Source: Tubulanus polymorphus (lineage: Eukaryota; Animalia; Nemertea). From it: 64,000 nucleotides of DNA. The first letter of the stretch is position 1. Each line of letters begins with the position of its first letter. Location of the stretch: the NCBI RefSeq assembly GCF_964204645.1, contig NC_134027.1, positions 13,424,485 through 13,488,484 on the forward strand. The letters run 5' to 3'. A model generated the notes under the pieces. It saw only the letters and a list, made by a program, of their open reading frames with translations. It did not search any database and had not been told where the DNA came from. The position numbers were made by a program, and so were the translations under genes. Below are positions 8,953-23,084 of the stretch, piece by piece.

Positions 8953-11900
8953 CGCTTATATGTTTCCAGTCCCACTCACTTAAGCAGAGTGTACGCATTT
9001 AAGCCCATTTAATTTGGGATATACTATATGCCGAGTTGAATTGGCTTTAACACATATGATATCACACAAGCGAGACGGTAAGAACAGAGTATGTTTGGTC
9101 TGGTCAAGCGGAACGGTTACCCTTCCGTATGCTTCAAGCACTAAAGTTGGGTGGTTTTACAACAAAATCAATCCAATTCAAAAGCGATGTTGGTATATAA
9201 CTGTTCACTCATTGGATAATGGCCTTTCCATTTTTCATACAAGCTAAAAGTTCTCCACTTGGTCTCTCCAAATAGTTCAAATAATTTGTCCAGAACTGGT
9301 GAAATTAACTCACAATATAGAGTGCAGAAATTGAGTTATTTTCCCTGCCGTTACACCAGCGCTTGTACTCCAATTGCCATCTTGGATCACGTATGTATGG
9401 CCAACACATAACATCATAAATTGGTCCGCTAATATAGTGTTTTGTGGTATAGATGACACGTTTGTATGAATTTGTGCTGAACATAGATACTTTTTCAGGA
9501 CTTAAGGACCGAAAATTGGCAATATTTTTGATACAAACTGAGAAAGTATCAAAACATTTGAGAACGCGTTTCTTATGATTCACAGCTTGAACTAATTAAG
9601 CTTTGCAGGCGGTAAATGATATAATCGACTTTAATTCTAATAATGTTCTCCGGTAATCTTGGTACGATTTACATATCTTCTAACAGCTCCTCGTCGATGA
9701 CAACAACTCGAACAATCAGCTCTAAACTTTTTCGGTGAGTACAACATGGTTCAACAATCGCTTAAACGGTGTCGACGTAGACAATGGCGCGGAAATAAGT
9801 CCTGATGATTGGGAGAAATCTGCTGTTAGGCCTTCTGATAACTGAGACCCAGAGATGTTGGGTACTGTAGTGCGTATTATTAACATCCACCTGACAAAAT
9901 CAGAAACAATAAAAAATGTATCAATATAGTTTCTGCCTAATCAGAACACAAATAAAATAAACATTGTCGGGGCTTGTCAAGTTAGGATATCTAAGGCCGG
10001 CACTGGAATGATCTAGTTACCGTTGGCGTTGCATACCAACAAATCTAAGTCAAGAATAATTTTGGCAGACGTTAACGCCCGGCCAAGCCATTTTCATTCA
10101 GCAAAAGCAGACCGTCTCCCAGGCAAAATGAATTAGGTTGAAATTTGAATTTGAAATAAATTATTATTAGAAAGGCACACAAATGCGGTTGAAAAAGAAT
10201 CACATGCGACTAAAATTACGATGTATACTTTGATATCGATGCAATATACCTCGGTTACACATAAGCCTAGGTAAATGACGGTTTGCCGCTAGATAAATCG
10301 AAAGAAAACACCAGCTAATGTCACAGTTGTTAAAATTGTTCTAAGAATGTTGCGGGCTCGACTTTTACGGAATATATCATTCAGTATTCCATCAAAATTG
10401 GACCCAGCATTGCCACACTTAACTGGGTTCTTATTCTGGATTACATAATTCTATCATATTCAGCATCGGTAAAAATTCTGCGATTTCTTGTTCATCTAAA
10501 CTGGTTGTTTGGAGAATACCCCAGCTGCTGAGGGTATTCCTTAAACCAGTAACCAATCAGAGCGCAGCTTTCTCACAATGACGTGGAAAGCGGGATTATG
10601 TAGGCCGTGGCCTGAACAGTGATTATTTGAAAGAGCTTACGTGATCTCCGCATAATAAAAGTTTTAATTTTCGGGATGGAGCATATACGTATTCGCGAAA
10701 AATAGTGAATTTTGACTGTTTACTGCGTAACTGGAACGATCACCGTTTCACCTTCTTACCGTTTTATCTATGCTTGCTAACGTTTTAAATGGCGCAAATC
10801 GTATAACGAAAGTGTACGGTACAAAAGACGAGTTAACGTGCACGGCAATTTGTGAGTAAGTTATTTCCGGAAAGGTCCCCAGAGCCATTATTGAAGACTC
10901 CGTCGACATACAACGAAGTCAAAAATTGGGATAATTTGTTGTTGTTTGCTTAGTGCTATTATTGGTGTATTTTTTGCATTCTCGCAATTTCGATAAAGGT
11001 GGGCCTCGGACCCATTTAAATTCGTGGAACCCTAGTTCATTCCGGAATTCTCCTGAAAACCTGGGCATGCAGCCACTAAAGGATGCCCTAGAGAAGGGAC
11101 GGTATTCCATAATGTTGAAGTTTGTACTGTAATCCCTCTGGCCGGCTGGTTTTATTCTCTTATCCTTTTATCCTCGCATACCGCTACCGGTTTCACTGTC
11201 CCCCAACATAGCCTGACATATATTTCCAATATCTCTTATCTTATTATTTTGTTCTGGTCTAAAACAGCCGAATATAACCCGGTAGCTTTATGGACTGCCA
11301 TACAGCCAAGTTCGACTGCTTTATAGTGGCAAGTTTCTCTTTGAGTTCCCCCAAGACCAAATTGTCGAATTTTATGTTTCTCTCCATTTGGAAAAGCTCA
11401 TCTTCCAAGAGAAGTATCCAAGAGTGAGTTGCTTCAGCTTTAGATTCTCGTTTCCCTAAAAGAGCGCATCATTCAAACAATGAATCGGGCGACAAAGACA
11501 TAACGATCATGAAAACCTATCGAATTATTCTTAACAACCCAATTTAATAAAAAGTTTTCATGGCGATTTGCAAAAATGAGTGATGTCATTTTCGTCACGA
11601 TTCATGATTATAATCAAGGGTAGCAAATTTGCCCCCCCCCCCCATTAAAGGGTGAAATGGGTGCATTATCAGAACCAAATGTTTTAAAACGGTCACTTGT
11701 CAGTAGACCACAGCTACTATAGAAAACCGACTGAATTGAAAGGTAAACTATTTCAGAGTGGCTGTTTTGAAATGTATACTACTGGAAAAGTAGCCGATAT
11801 TGTTAATTGCTTATTGTTCTCAAGTAGCTACTAAGTAGAAGTAGACCTTTGAGTTCAAAAGTGCGATAGACATGTGCTTAAATTCAGCCTTTCATTCTGT

Positions 11901-12082
11901 GTATGGTCTTAAACATCAGTAACCATCAGGTGTTAGTTACACGAGCGATGGCAATCTTATATATCATCAGTAGATATTCGTTAACGTGGAATTTGGATTA
12001 CCTAGCTTATGTCCTCCTCACCAAAAGATATTAGCAAATGTAACTGCTGGTTATTCATTGCTGCTTTTTCTTATTCATTGAG

Positions 12083-12204
12083 AGTGATATTTGATCGAAT
12101 ACCGAGAGCTTATCGAGATCAATATCAAAAAGAACCTTGGAAATTCGTCGATACAAAAGATCTGCCGTACGATTACGATTCGATAATGCATTACCCTGAT
12201 AATG
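12083..12204 (+). CDS. Host astacin-family metalloprotease exon (Met-turn)
   Basis: PYDYDSIMHY motif; GTAAGG donor at 12205; pyrimidine tract upstream (acceptor position +/-2 nt). Confidence 0.85.
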
Positions 12205-12317
12205 GTAAGGGCTTTACAAATTGATTGAATTAAATCTAATTGATTACTCAACGAATATGCTAGGTAATGATGTCAATTTTGCGTTATTTTCTTCGTATTG
12301 TAATTTTCTTTTTCTAG

Positions 12318-12425
12318 ATGGCGAACTTATAACAGTTGATCGTCGTGCCCAGCATCGAATCGGACAAAGAGAAAAATTGAGTTTTTACGACAAGAAATTA
12401 GCCAACATTATGTATAACTGTAACG
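12318..12425 (+). CDS. Host astacin-family metalloprotease exon (end of catalytic domain)
   Basis: IGQREKLSFYDKKLANIMYNC; TTTCTAG acceptor and GTAAGG donor; phase-1 splice keeps frame with the previous exon. Confidence 0.87.
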
Positions 12426-12866
12426 GTAAGGGCTTAGTACCAAATTTTTTGACGCCTTATAAAACGTTACCATTATGAAACCTAAACAATGTTAACCATT
12501 CAGCGTCATTTTACAAACGACAACCGTGAATCGATGTGCCAAACGCCACAGGTCTATGTGTACACATACAAGCTATTTGGCAAAATATCATTGACAAAGA
12601 TGTAGAATGTCTTCCTGTGATTATATAATGTGCTCTATTTGAACGTCGGAATGTTATATTGCATTGAATATCATTAGAAGACATAGAAGCTATCTACGAT
12701 CAGTGTAGGGCCGGTGTGAAGTACTCTCGAATTTATTTTTCGACCCTCCAACCTTTGACTTAAAACAACTTATTCCTATTAACCTTATTAAACAACTTAT
12801 TCCTATATATATATATATGTATGAATAACTTCTGAAATCAATTTTAATAACAAATTTGATATTAAA

Positions 12867-14088
12867 ATGGAAGCAAATAAGAAGTACTACTGTTCAACAT
12901 GTAAAATTAATATAGATAAATCTCAAAAAGCAAGGCATAATAAAACTAAGACACATTTAGAAAATGAATTGAAATTAGAATATAAAGATGATATATTAGA
13001 AACTAAATTAGACCAGATTATTAAACCTGAAAATCATATTCTTACAGAAAAGTTAATGGTTACTCAGGAAGATAAATTTAATAATGTAGTGCATTATACA
13101 ATGTTAAAAATCTATTTGAATCAAGGAATGATTCTAAAAAAAGTGCATAGATATATATCATTTAGTCAATCTAAATGGTTAGAAAATATATAGATTTTAA
13201 CACCAAACAGAGAACTAAAGCTAAAACTGATTTTGAGAAAGATTTTTATCAAGTTCATGAATATTGCGTTCTATGGTAAAACTTGCGAGAATATTAGAAA
13301 TAGAAATGATATTGAGTTAGTTAGTAATGGTAAAAGAATTAGACATTTACAAACATATCCTAAGTTCATTGGTAACAGAATATTTGATGAAAATTTAGCC
13401 GCAGTTAAAATGAGGATAACTTCTATGAAATTTAATAAACCAATCTACGTTGGCGCTTCAGTTTTAGAAATATCAAAACTATTAATTTATGAATTTTACT
13501 ATAACGTATTACAACCTCATTTTGGAGAAAAGCATATAGAAATCTTATATTTTGATACCGATAGTTACTTATTAAAGATCAAAACTAATTACATAACAGA
13601 TGATTTGATAACATTAAAACATCATTTTGATTTTAGTAACTATCCTAAAACTCATCAATTGTTTAACAATGATAATAAAAAGGTGTCCGGTAAATTCAAA
13701 GATGAATAAGGTGGTGAAGAAATGATAGAGTTCATTGGAATTCGATCTAAAATGTATAGTTATAGAACTAAAGAACATGAAGCTAAAAAGTTAAAAAGGA
13801 ATTACAAAAAGCGTAGTAGAAAAAATCATTCATTTCAAAGATTACATCAATTGTATATTCAATGAAGAAGTTAGAAAACATAAGATGAAATGTTTAAGAT
13901 CTGAGTACCACGAGATGTTTATTGAAGAGATAGAGAAGATAAGTTTGAATCCTTTCGATGATAAAAGATATATTTTAGATGATGGTATACACACAGTCGC
14001 GTATGGTTGCAATTTAGATGAATACTTAAACTTTAAAAGAGAAGAAACAAAAGAGAATGAGATTATGAAAAGGATTCTAACATGTTAA
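12867..14088 (+). pseudogene. Protein-primed DNA polymerase B remnant, intein-free, large internal deletion
   Basis: N-terminal Zn finger joined to the C-terminal part; K.MN..YGKT motif B and uninterrupted YFDTDS motif C at 13548-13565. Confidence 0.92.
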
Positions 14089-14118
14089 TCGGTTTTAATA
14101 AAAAAATATGTTATTAAA

Positions 14119-14412
14119 ATGGAGAGTAAACAAGTACACAATGAGAACAACGAATCATTTCTAGATAGAATAAAAGATACTAAAAATGCTAAATCAGTAG
14201 ATTATAAATCTAAAAAAATAAATGAACTAACAATTCATACGAAATATTTAAATACAAATATTGATACAGTTACTATTAAATATGGAGATAAATTAGTTAT
14301 TCACTTATAATATGAAAGATTGAAAGGAAATAAATATAAATTCAGAACATATTTACCAGATAGATTCCATAGATTATCAAGTGAAGATTAAGAAGAATTA
14401 TGTTCTGGTGAT
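14119..14412 (+). pseudogene. Homologue of terminal ORF 4761-5087 with internal stops
   Basis: KYGDKL..FRTYLPDRF..GKNEKGHHEIDFE when read through the stops. Confidence 0.72.
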
Positions 14413-14489
14413 TTCTATTTCATATACATAGGTAAGAATGAAAAAGGGCACCATGAAATAGATTTTGAATAAGAAAATTTGTAAAATTA

Positions 14490-16784
14490 ATGGTAGAATT
14501 AAAAGAATACAGAATATTTGTTGATTCTAGAAGACTTACAAATTATAAATCACATAATTTACTAGTACAATTAGATAGAGAATTTGAAAATTGTGTAGAT
14601 TTAAAATTAGTAAATGTAAGTTTATGTAATTCTTTTTATAATATATCGGAAAAATCTATTGAACATAGAGTCTTTTTAATTCATGATAGAAATAAAAATA
14701 GATGGTTTCATCTTTTTCTTAAACCAGGATTATAATATGTAATAGATGAAATCCAAGTGACGGACGCTTCGTCACAGCTTGATGATTTAATTTTTTATAC
14801 TAACAAATCATTTCGATTCAAAAACAACCTCGTGTATTTTGATATTGTGTATTGTGTATGTATTGTGTATTTTGAGTATATAACGAAATACACTCAGAAT
14901 ATTGTCAGTGACTAGGAACACAGAGAAAATTAATTGTAGTCAATCCTATGGAACTGGAAAGTAACTTTGATCAATTTTATTTCAAATTGAAATTGTACTT
15001 TGGCCCGAAGCATATTAATTCTTAGATAAAACTTGGGAAAATGAAAAATAATGCCAGAGGGTTGGCGGAGGGGGAAAGACAATTAAACTGCAACTCTAAG
15101 GTTTGATTCATATCTGGTTATAGAAAATTTGGGCTTTTAGGATTAGGAAATTCAATTTTCTGAAAAAGACTTGACCCAATTTCCCAACTGAATTGTTTAT
15201 TTATTTTAATTTTTGGTCTTTGGCTTACCCGTGGCTCTGTTTATTACTGCTAAAAACTATTTCGATTTAGATTAGTGTATCAAGAATTATTCAATGGTTT
15301 AAACCACTTTGCAAAACCACTATATAACCGACATTTCGAAGTGAAACTGAGTCAGAATGAGACTGGTTTTTGCAAGATTGAAGAATTTTTGACCTGGTTG
15401 TTGATTTAGAAATTAACACCATCCGAAAAAAGGACAAGAGGGTTACTACAAACTTTTTGATAACGGAGAAAAATGGAAGACGCGTTGAAATGCATCAATC
15501 GGAAAATTATTTTCTGCCAGAAAGAATCGAATTAATCAAGATGGAAAATTCAAATGTCAATACAAAAATTGATTTCTCTTACGAAAAATACTTATTTGTT
15601 TCTAATCATCCGATAATGTCGAATACCGGGAATCTACGGCTCAAGTAAATAAGCAGTGCACGTGGCTAGCGGTACCGAATTCCTTATTTGGTGTAAGAAG
15701 GGGTGGAGACTAAATGTTGTTGCCGACCGCGATGTTGGGGCTGCTGCTCGAGCGAGACCGATCGGCGATCCGCCGCGCTGTCGTGAAATTTTAAGCAAAT
15801 CGTACGACTCAGTCTAACACGACTCGCTGTTTTAGAGTCATTTAATTTGATAAGATAATTAAATATTTCAGTGCTGTGGCTGGGGTCGACTGCTGTACGT
15901 GCGCGCTAGAGCGTAATTCTCCGGGATTCGAACCCGCGCGCGATTGTTATTATGAATTCGCTCCAGTTGCTAAAGGAATTTCAGCTATTTTGAACTCGTT
16001 CGATCAACGCGGTTCATTGTTAAACGATTCAACGATCCAATCTTGGTCGAAATTTCACGAAATAAATACATTCTGAAATCACCCGATCCAAAAGTTGCCG
16101 GATTTTAGTTACTTCGCTGCCGGATTTTAGCGTGACGTAATTCTACTTCCGATTTCCCCATGAACTTCAAACCGGACGTACCCTGACGTCATTTTTTTCT
16201 GACTTTGTCAGTAAGTCAGATTCGGTTAAAAAGACACTTTCTAGAATCCACATATACACGTTTATCAAAGGGACGTCGTCCGTCTATAATTTAGAAACAT
16301 TAGCTCAAGAAATTAATAAAAGAGCACGCTCAAGAATGGGCGCATCTGCTGGATTTGGATTAAGACTGATTAAAAGTGATAGCTCTGATAAAGTAAGAAT
16401 AAAATTAGGCAATTTCTAGTTAAAAAACCTTTAGCTAAAATTTTAGGAATAACTCCAGGTGTAAGCATACGTAATGCTGATGCTACACCAAATATAATGC
16501 CTTTTACACACTTTTATATTTATTGCAATTTAATTGATCCTACAAAGACATTTGAAGCAACTAAAGACACAATTTGTAATTCTGGTTTATTTTATATTCT
16601 ACCATTAAAAAATGTTAAAGAATTTGGAACACAAATAAATTATAATTTAGCCGAGTGCGATTTCAAACCATGCATTCCTCAACTTAATAATTTTAGATTA
16701 GAAATTAGAAATCACAATGGATATTTGATTGATTTAAATAATTTTCCTGTAATCAATGAATTAGTTATAAGATGTAAAGAGTAA
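14490..16784 (+). pseudogene. Minor capsid (penton) gene interrupted by a 1.55-kb insertion
   Basis: 14490-14734 and 16285-16784 match 38845-39606; C-terminal FYIYCNL..LEIRNHNGYLIDLN pattern. Confidence 0.8.
14735..16284. mobile_element. Unclassified non-autonomous insertion in the penton gene
   Basis: Absent from copy C (GGTTATATAATTTAG); flanked by TA; hairpin GTGACG..CGTCAC near left end; minus-strand B-box GGGTTCGAATCCC at ~15923-15935. Confidence 0.75.
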
Positions 16785-16800
16785 TTGTTTTGATATATAA

Positions 16801-19800
16801 ATGAATATAACTGTTGGACCGAGTCTATGTTTTGGGTTATATTTTAAACATGGTAAAGAAATGAGAATTAAACTAAATGATGTAATTACTGATATCAAAA
16901 GTAAGTCATTTAATAATGCATCAATGATTAATAAAGAAAATTATAATATAGAAAAAGTAATTGATTTAATTAAAACATCTTTAGAATATTATGAACTAAA
17001 TGCAGATGGAACAATCGATGATATTAAAAACATATTATCTAAAATATATGATAATCATAGAAGAAGTATTGAAATAAATGTTGAACTAATTATAACTAAG
17101 ATAACTAAATATTTTGAAGGTGATTTTTTTTAATTAATAAATGAGTGATAATAAGTGGATGATAAATGGATAATATAATGGAGCATTATTATCAGTTGGA
17201 ACTGTTTGGATATACAATGGTGTTAAAAAAAGTCTTTAAAATGGGAAGTGTTAATGTTGATAGATTTGATATAAATGATATCTTAAAATTAACATTAGCA
17301 GTTACTTTCTCTAATTTAACTATTGATTATTTAGAAAAACAAAAATATATTCCTCTTATAAAAATGCGTAATTTTTTTGTTAAATAAATGGCATCTGCAA
17401 TTATAACTATTATAGGATCGGCAATAGTTAACGCTTTAGCATTTACTGGTGGTGGATATTTATTTAAGCATATTGATAAAAATAGTTAATTAGCAGAACA
17501 AAGAAGACATAACTTAGCATTAGAGAAATACAATAAAGCTGCAGAAGAATACAGAGAAAAGAGACAAAACTATATGGATTATATAAATAAAGAATTATAT
17601 AATCAAAAAATTACACATAGAGATTTTCAATCAGTTGATGATGCAATGAGTTTATATAACGCAGTAACAAATAAAGAAAAATTACATCAATACAAACCTA
17701 AATTATCAGATTATTATACCCCAAGTAGTAAACAGAAGAAATATGAAATAATATGGATTTTAGGTGGAACAGTTATTGTTATATTTGTAGCATATAAATT
17801 TACTAATTAATTATATATTATTTTTTGTCAAATAAATGGATGATAAAATTGATAATATTGATATTATTTCTCATGATTTCAGTAAAACTAAATTAGAATT
17901 ATATTTTGAAAAACAAATATTAGAATTTGAAAATGATTTAAAAGTTAAAAAGAAAAAATATTTAAAATCTAAAATCATATATTATTTTATTATAAGTGGT
18001 TCAGTTACAATAAGTTCTGTAATAACATTTCTAGCAATAATGAATTTAATATAAATATTAATTCCGATTTTAGAGCGCATGGTAAATTACATGGCGTTGG
18101 TGAACAGTTTGAAATAAAAAGAATTGATTATATGCATATAGTTGGAGCTTATCATCATTATAAAATTGATAATATTAATGGATGGATTAATTTCATTTTA
18201 GAAAATAGTGAAGGATTTACAAAATCAGCTATACAAAGAATAAATCAATAAGAATTTATTTAATTTGTATTCTAGGTGCGTAAGTTGAAACAAGATCACC
18301 AATAGTTGGAAATGATAATACTTCATTTGATGCGCAGAAACAATTCAAAGATTTATTTGAAGATTCCATTCATAATGATTAAAATGGATCGATTCCAGAA
18401 AATATAGTCAGTTACCAAAATTATTTAGATAAATCTCACGTAAGATTAAATTATTGTATAGGACCCAATTTATTAATTATTTCTGATGATTTAATATTAA
18501 AGATGGGAAATATAATTGGTTATAATAATTTAATTAGAACTGCATTAATACATAATAAGTTTGGATTAAATAATATAAATAAAAAAATTATCACCGCTCC
18601 AAAATTAATGGAAGGTGAAAGAATTTAAAAACATATTCAAACAACAGATAATGCTAAATTAGCTATAACTTATATAGGAATTGTAATTGGAGGAATATTA
18701 TATTTTAAATTTTAATTTTTATAAAATATAAATGGAAGTAGAAGGTGGAGAAGCTTATGAAATGGGAGAAATGGGAAATAATAATGATGGATTTATACCT
18801 GATGAACCACAACCTGATTTTAATGAAACTAATATTGATAACGATAATCAAACAGCATATAGTTCTAATTTAGCAGATAGTGGTTCTAAAGCCCCTTCAA
18901 CAGAGGAGTTTGATAAAAAAAACTAGATCGAGAATAAATGCTGAAAATGAAAATCCAGATTTAGTAAAACAAAATTTAGAAAATAATGAATTTATATATA
19001 ATTTCGAACCTATATTTGAAAATTCTGGATATAGTATAAATAATAAAGGTTCTAGACTTTTAGTACAAGAATTAAAATTTAGATGGTGAATATAATTATC
19101 ATTTGAAAGATGATAATTATATTAATATCATTTATAAAAATCAAGATAAAATATTAGCAGAGTCAACTTTGAGAAAATTAGACCCATCTAGAATTAAAAG
19201 AATAAGAAATAGTAATGAAATGGAAAATGTTACACAAGAAGAAATAAATCAAAATGAAAAATTATTTAAACGAAGAATTAAAAATTTTTATGAAATAATC
19301 AATAATAATTTAGAAACAGAAACAACCTCTGAACAGAATATAACTTCCAAAACTAGTAAACTTAAATAGAATAAAGTTCCAATTGAAAAGCTTTTACCGA
19401 AATGATTAATAGATGCAACAAATCAACAATTGGGAGATTTAAATATATTTTCTGATAAAGCAATTAGAGAAATTATTAGTATAAGAAATAAAGCTGATAA
19501 ATTTGCGCATGATAAAAGTATAAGAGATTTTAAAATTAGAACTTTAGAAAAAGAGATAGAACTGATAAAATTAAAGAAATAGAACAATTAAAATTAGATA
19601 GAGATAATAAAGTTATTGAAGAAATTGAATTTAAAAAAAAGAAATGTATATTTAGAAAAAGAAAAAGATGATTTAGATAATAACATAGAATTACAGAAAG
19701 TAGAAATTAAATTATTATCAAAATCATATGATTATAATATTAATGGATTAAAAGTTATTTTTAAAGATTTGTTGATAAAACCAAATTCTGAAATATCATT

Positions 19801-20196
19801 GAAAGAAAGAATAAAATTATTATTTAAATTAGAAGGTATAACAATTCTTTCAATTCTAACAGCTGTAACTATAATATTTACAACAATAGGTTTAGCTATT
19901 TCAAATTCATTAAAATCTACGCCTACTCCTTAAAAACCAGATAAACCACCAAATAATAATAATTCTATACAGGATAAAGTGAAAGATGGATAAAAAAAAT
20001 TAGCAAAATATTTATGGGAACTATCTAAAAAATCTGCTGCAGCTTTACCCGGAATTATTGCATCAATTGTTGGTTTTATATTGAAATCTGCAGGGAATAT
20101 TCTTAACTTTGCTGCTGAGCATATTATTTTATTTTTAATTACAGTTGTAAGTGCAATTATTTTTGGATTAGTAAATATGATTAAAAATAAATGATT
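16801..20196 (+). pseudogene. Decayed block of six Polinton hypothetical/membrane genes
   Basis: Colinear with 39624-43973 of copy C, with stops, frameshifts and a deletion near 18040. Confidence 0.85.
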
Positions 20197-20216
20197 AATT
20201 TTTTTTTGTTAAATAA

Positions 20217-21456
20217 ATGAGTGGGAGTTATACAAATTCTTCTAAAAATTTTAGAATATCTAATGCAATTAAAGCAAAAAGATCTCACCATATAATTACT
20301 CATAATCCTTCTAATATTAATCCTGATGAAACTTTATATGTTAGAATCCCTCGATTAACAAAAAATACTTTTTATGTTCCAAATAGTATTTATTTGTCAG
20401 CTGATATAAAAGTAACTGGTCATGATAATAATCATGTTGTTGATAATGTTGGAAGATATTTGATTAAAAAATCAATTGTAACGATTGGAACAAATTTTTC
20501 ATTTTAAGATTATAATTTATTTAGGTATTATAAAGATTTATGGTTAACAAAAGAAAATAGAAATAATATGATATTTCAAGGCATCCAATCAGAAAACCAA
20601 AATAAATTTAGATATGAAGCTAATAATGCAGTAGTAACTAATGCTGAAGATAATTTAATAAAAAAGATTAATGGTAGTAAATATAAAATTCCATTAGACT
20701 TTGAATTGATAAATAATAATGCGACTTTATATAAATACGTTATAGAAGAAGATACTATATTTGAAATAACTTTTGCTCCTGTTAATGAAATTGTATTATC
20801 AAGCGTTGTTAAAGATATCGGTTATAAATTATCAAATATATCTTTAGAATATGACACACTAACTGATGAAAATATTGCGAGCATAATTAAAACTCAATAT
20901 CATCAAGGATTTTCATTATTATATGATTATATTGAAAAATTTAAAATTGTACCTATTAATGCAAATGATGAAATAATCAATGAGAATATTAACTTCCCAA
21001 GAAGATCTATTAAAGGCGTATTAATATTTTGTACAATTGCAACATATTCTAATGGCGTAATAAATGTTGATAATTATTATAATCCAGAAATATCAAAAGT
21101 AGAAATAACCGTCGAAGGTATAGCTAATAAAGTATTTTGCCAGGGAATGAGAATGATTGATCAATGGCCAGAAATTTAAAAAAAATTTATGATTGAAAAA
21201 ATGAAATCATCTGAAGTTAGTAATATAAACCAAATTGATTATACTGGTAATAAATATGCACTATGGTTAGATTTTAGAACCACTGAAGATAACTTATTAC
21301 GTGGTTCTGGGAAAAAAACTACAGAACACTAAAGATGGAATACAATTATTCATGAAAAAGAAAAAAGGAATCAAACATTTCAAAATGCACATTCATCTTA
21401 TATCTGACGCGCAATAAAACATTATAAATTCTCAATTACACAGTGTTATGTTTTAG
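20217..21456 (+). pseudogene. Major capsid protein, frameshifted
   Basis: Fragments 20217-20507, 20568-21179 and onward align with 43998-45245. Confidence 0.88.
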
Positions 21457-21488
21457 AATTAAAATTTAAATAAAAAATGTTATAATAA

Positions 21489-22100
21489 ATGGAAGGTGGA
21501 ATATATGAAATACAAAGCCCAAGTGAAATGATATCAGATATATATTATATAATACCCTATGATGAATACAGTAAGTATTTTGGAGAATTCTTTAATCAAT
21601 TCAAATATAGAATAAGTAAAATAGAAAAGAATATTGAAACTAAAAAAGAAGATAATATTGAATCTAAAATAGAAGATAATATTGAATCTAAAATAGAAGA
21701 TAATGTTATACCTTCTACATCGAATAATGATAATTATAATACAAAGATTGAACCTGATATCAAAACCAAAAAGAGAAATGAAAAATATTGTGACGTATGT
21801 AAGAAATATATATCATATAAAAATTGGGCATCACATAAGAAATCAAAGAAACATGAAGAAAAAGAAAAGAATAATAATGATAATAATATATCTGATAATA
21901 ATATCATAGATATTGTTAATACAATTGAAACTAATGATACCATAGATAATATAACAGATAATGTTAATACATATGAAACTAATGATGATATTAAAACAGA
22001 TAATGAAACAATTGATGATTCTAAAAAACATTGTAATGTTTGTAATTTAGATATCTCTATAAGTATTTTTCTAAGCATAAAAAATCTCAGGCGCATATAG
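21489..22100 (+). CDS. Zn-finger, Asn/Asp-rich hypothetical protein (probably frameshifted at 3' end)
   Basis: TAAATG start; YCDVCKKYISYKNWASHKKSKKH and HCNVC fingers. Confidence 0.65.
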   Translation: MEGGIYEIQSPSEMISDIYYIIPYDEYSKYFGEFFNQFKYRISKIEKNIETKKEDNIESKIEDNIESKIEDNVIPSTSNNDNYNTKIEPDIKTKKRNEKYCDVCKKYISYKNWASHKKSKKHEEKEKNNNDNNISDNNIIDIVNTIETNDTIDNITDNVNTYETNDDIKTDNETIDDSKKHCNVCNLDISISIFLSIKNLRRI

Positions 22101-22619
22101 AAAATGAATGGGAGTTAGAAGAACATGAAAAAGAATTAGGTGAAATAGAAAGAAATAAAACGTGCCAATATTGTAAACTGAACCTGTTGATGAAAATACA
22201 TCTAATTAATGTTTATAAAAATGTGAGTATGATACCATTGTTAAATAACCCAAAGAAATATATCCAATAGTTTGATCCTAAAACTAAACAATATTATATA
22301 TTCTATAAGTTGTTATTTGATAAATTATTAGCTTATGCAGAAGATAATCCTAAACAAATATATAAATTATTATATTTTAGAAATATGGATTTAAGTTATC
22401 TAATGAAAAATTTTGGATATCATTTTGATTTCGATTTTGATGAATACTTTGAAAAATTAAGAAAAGAAGCTTAGATATATCCTTATTAAAAACTGATGCT
22501 TCAACTAAAATAAATAAATCTACCTAAGAATTATTATGAATTAGATATAAATAAAGATGATTTTATAAACTTATTAGAAACAAAATTAGAATAATCATTA
22601 TAAAAATATTTATGATATC

Positions 22620-22749
22620 TATGTACTAGACGTACGAGTAAGAATCCAAGAATCCAAGAAAGTAAGAAAGGTACGAGAGGTACGAGTAAGAATCCAAGAA
22701 TCCAAGAATTCTTACTTTCTTACTTTCTTACTCGTACGTCTAGTACATA
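22620..22749. repeat. Palindrome with 25-bp perfect arms and internal 7-8-nt repeats
   Basis: TATGTACTAGACGTACGAGTAAGAA (22620-22644) / TTCTTACTCGTACGTCTAGTACATA (22725-22749); degenerate second copy at ~22880-22980. Confidence 0.9.
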
Positions 22750-23084
22750 CATATATAAATTAGTTAATCTAAGTATAGAAATAGTTATAATATAATCTAT
22801 TTTTAATTTTTATTAAGTGAAAACATATAATTTTTTTCATCTTTATATTTTTAATTATTATTTAACTAATTCATATACCCAAGTACTAGAGGTTCGAGTA
22901 AGAATCAAAGAATTCTTACTTTCTTACTTTCTTACTTTCTTGGCAAGAATCTTGGTTTCTTATTCGTACGTCTCGTACTTAGATATATATAGTTATTTAA
23001 AAAAAGGGGTTTTAGGTATTAAGGTATCTAATACGTACCTAATATGTATCTAATACATAAATGCTTAAAGTAGCTTATTTTATA

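Larger units (their letters stand above)
5490..8990 (-). mobile_element. Non-LTR retrotransposon (LINE), decayed and 3'-truncated
   Basis: ORF1, APE endonuclease and RT in order on the minus strand; MYADD encoded at ~5527-5541. Boundaries approximate. Confidence 0.9.

Noticed and set aside
9000-12000. Short ORFs and GC-richer patches between the LINE and the astacin exons
   Set aside because: No motifs, termini or splice-consistent coding signal that I could verify.
12760-12830. Possible left TIR of copy B
   Set aside because: Only a short direct repeat (AAACAACTTATTCCTAT x2) and (TA)n; no AGT start or matching right end found.
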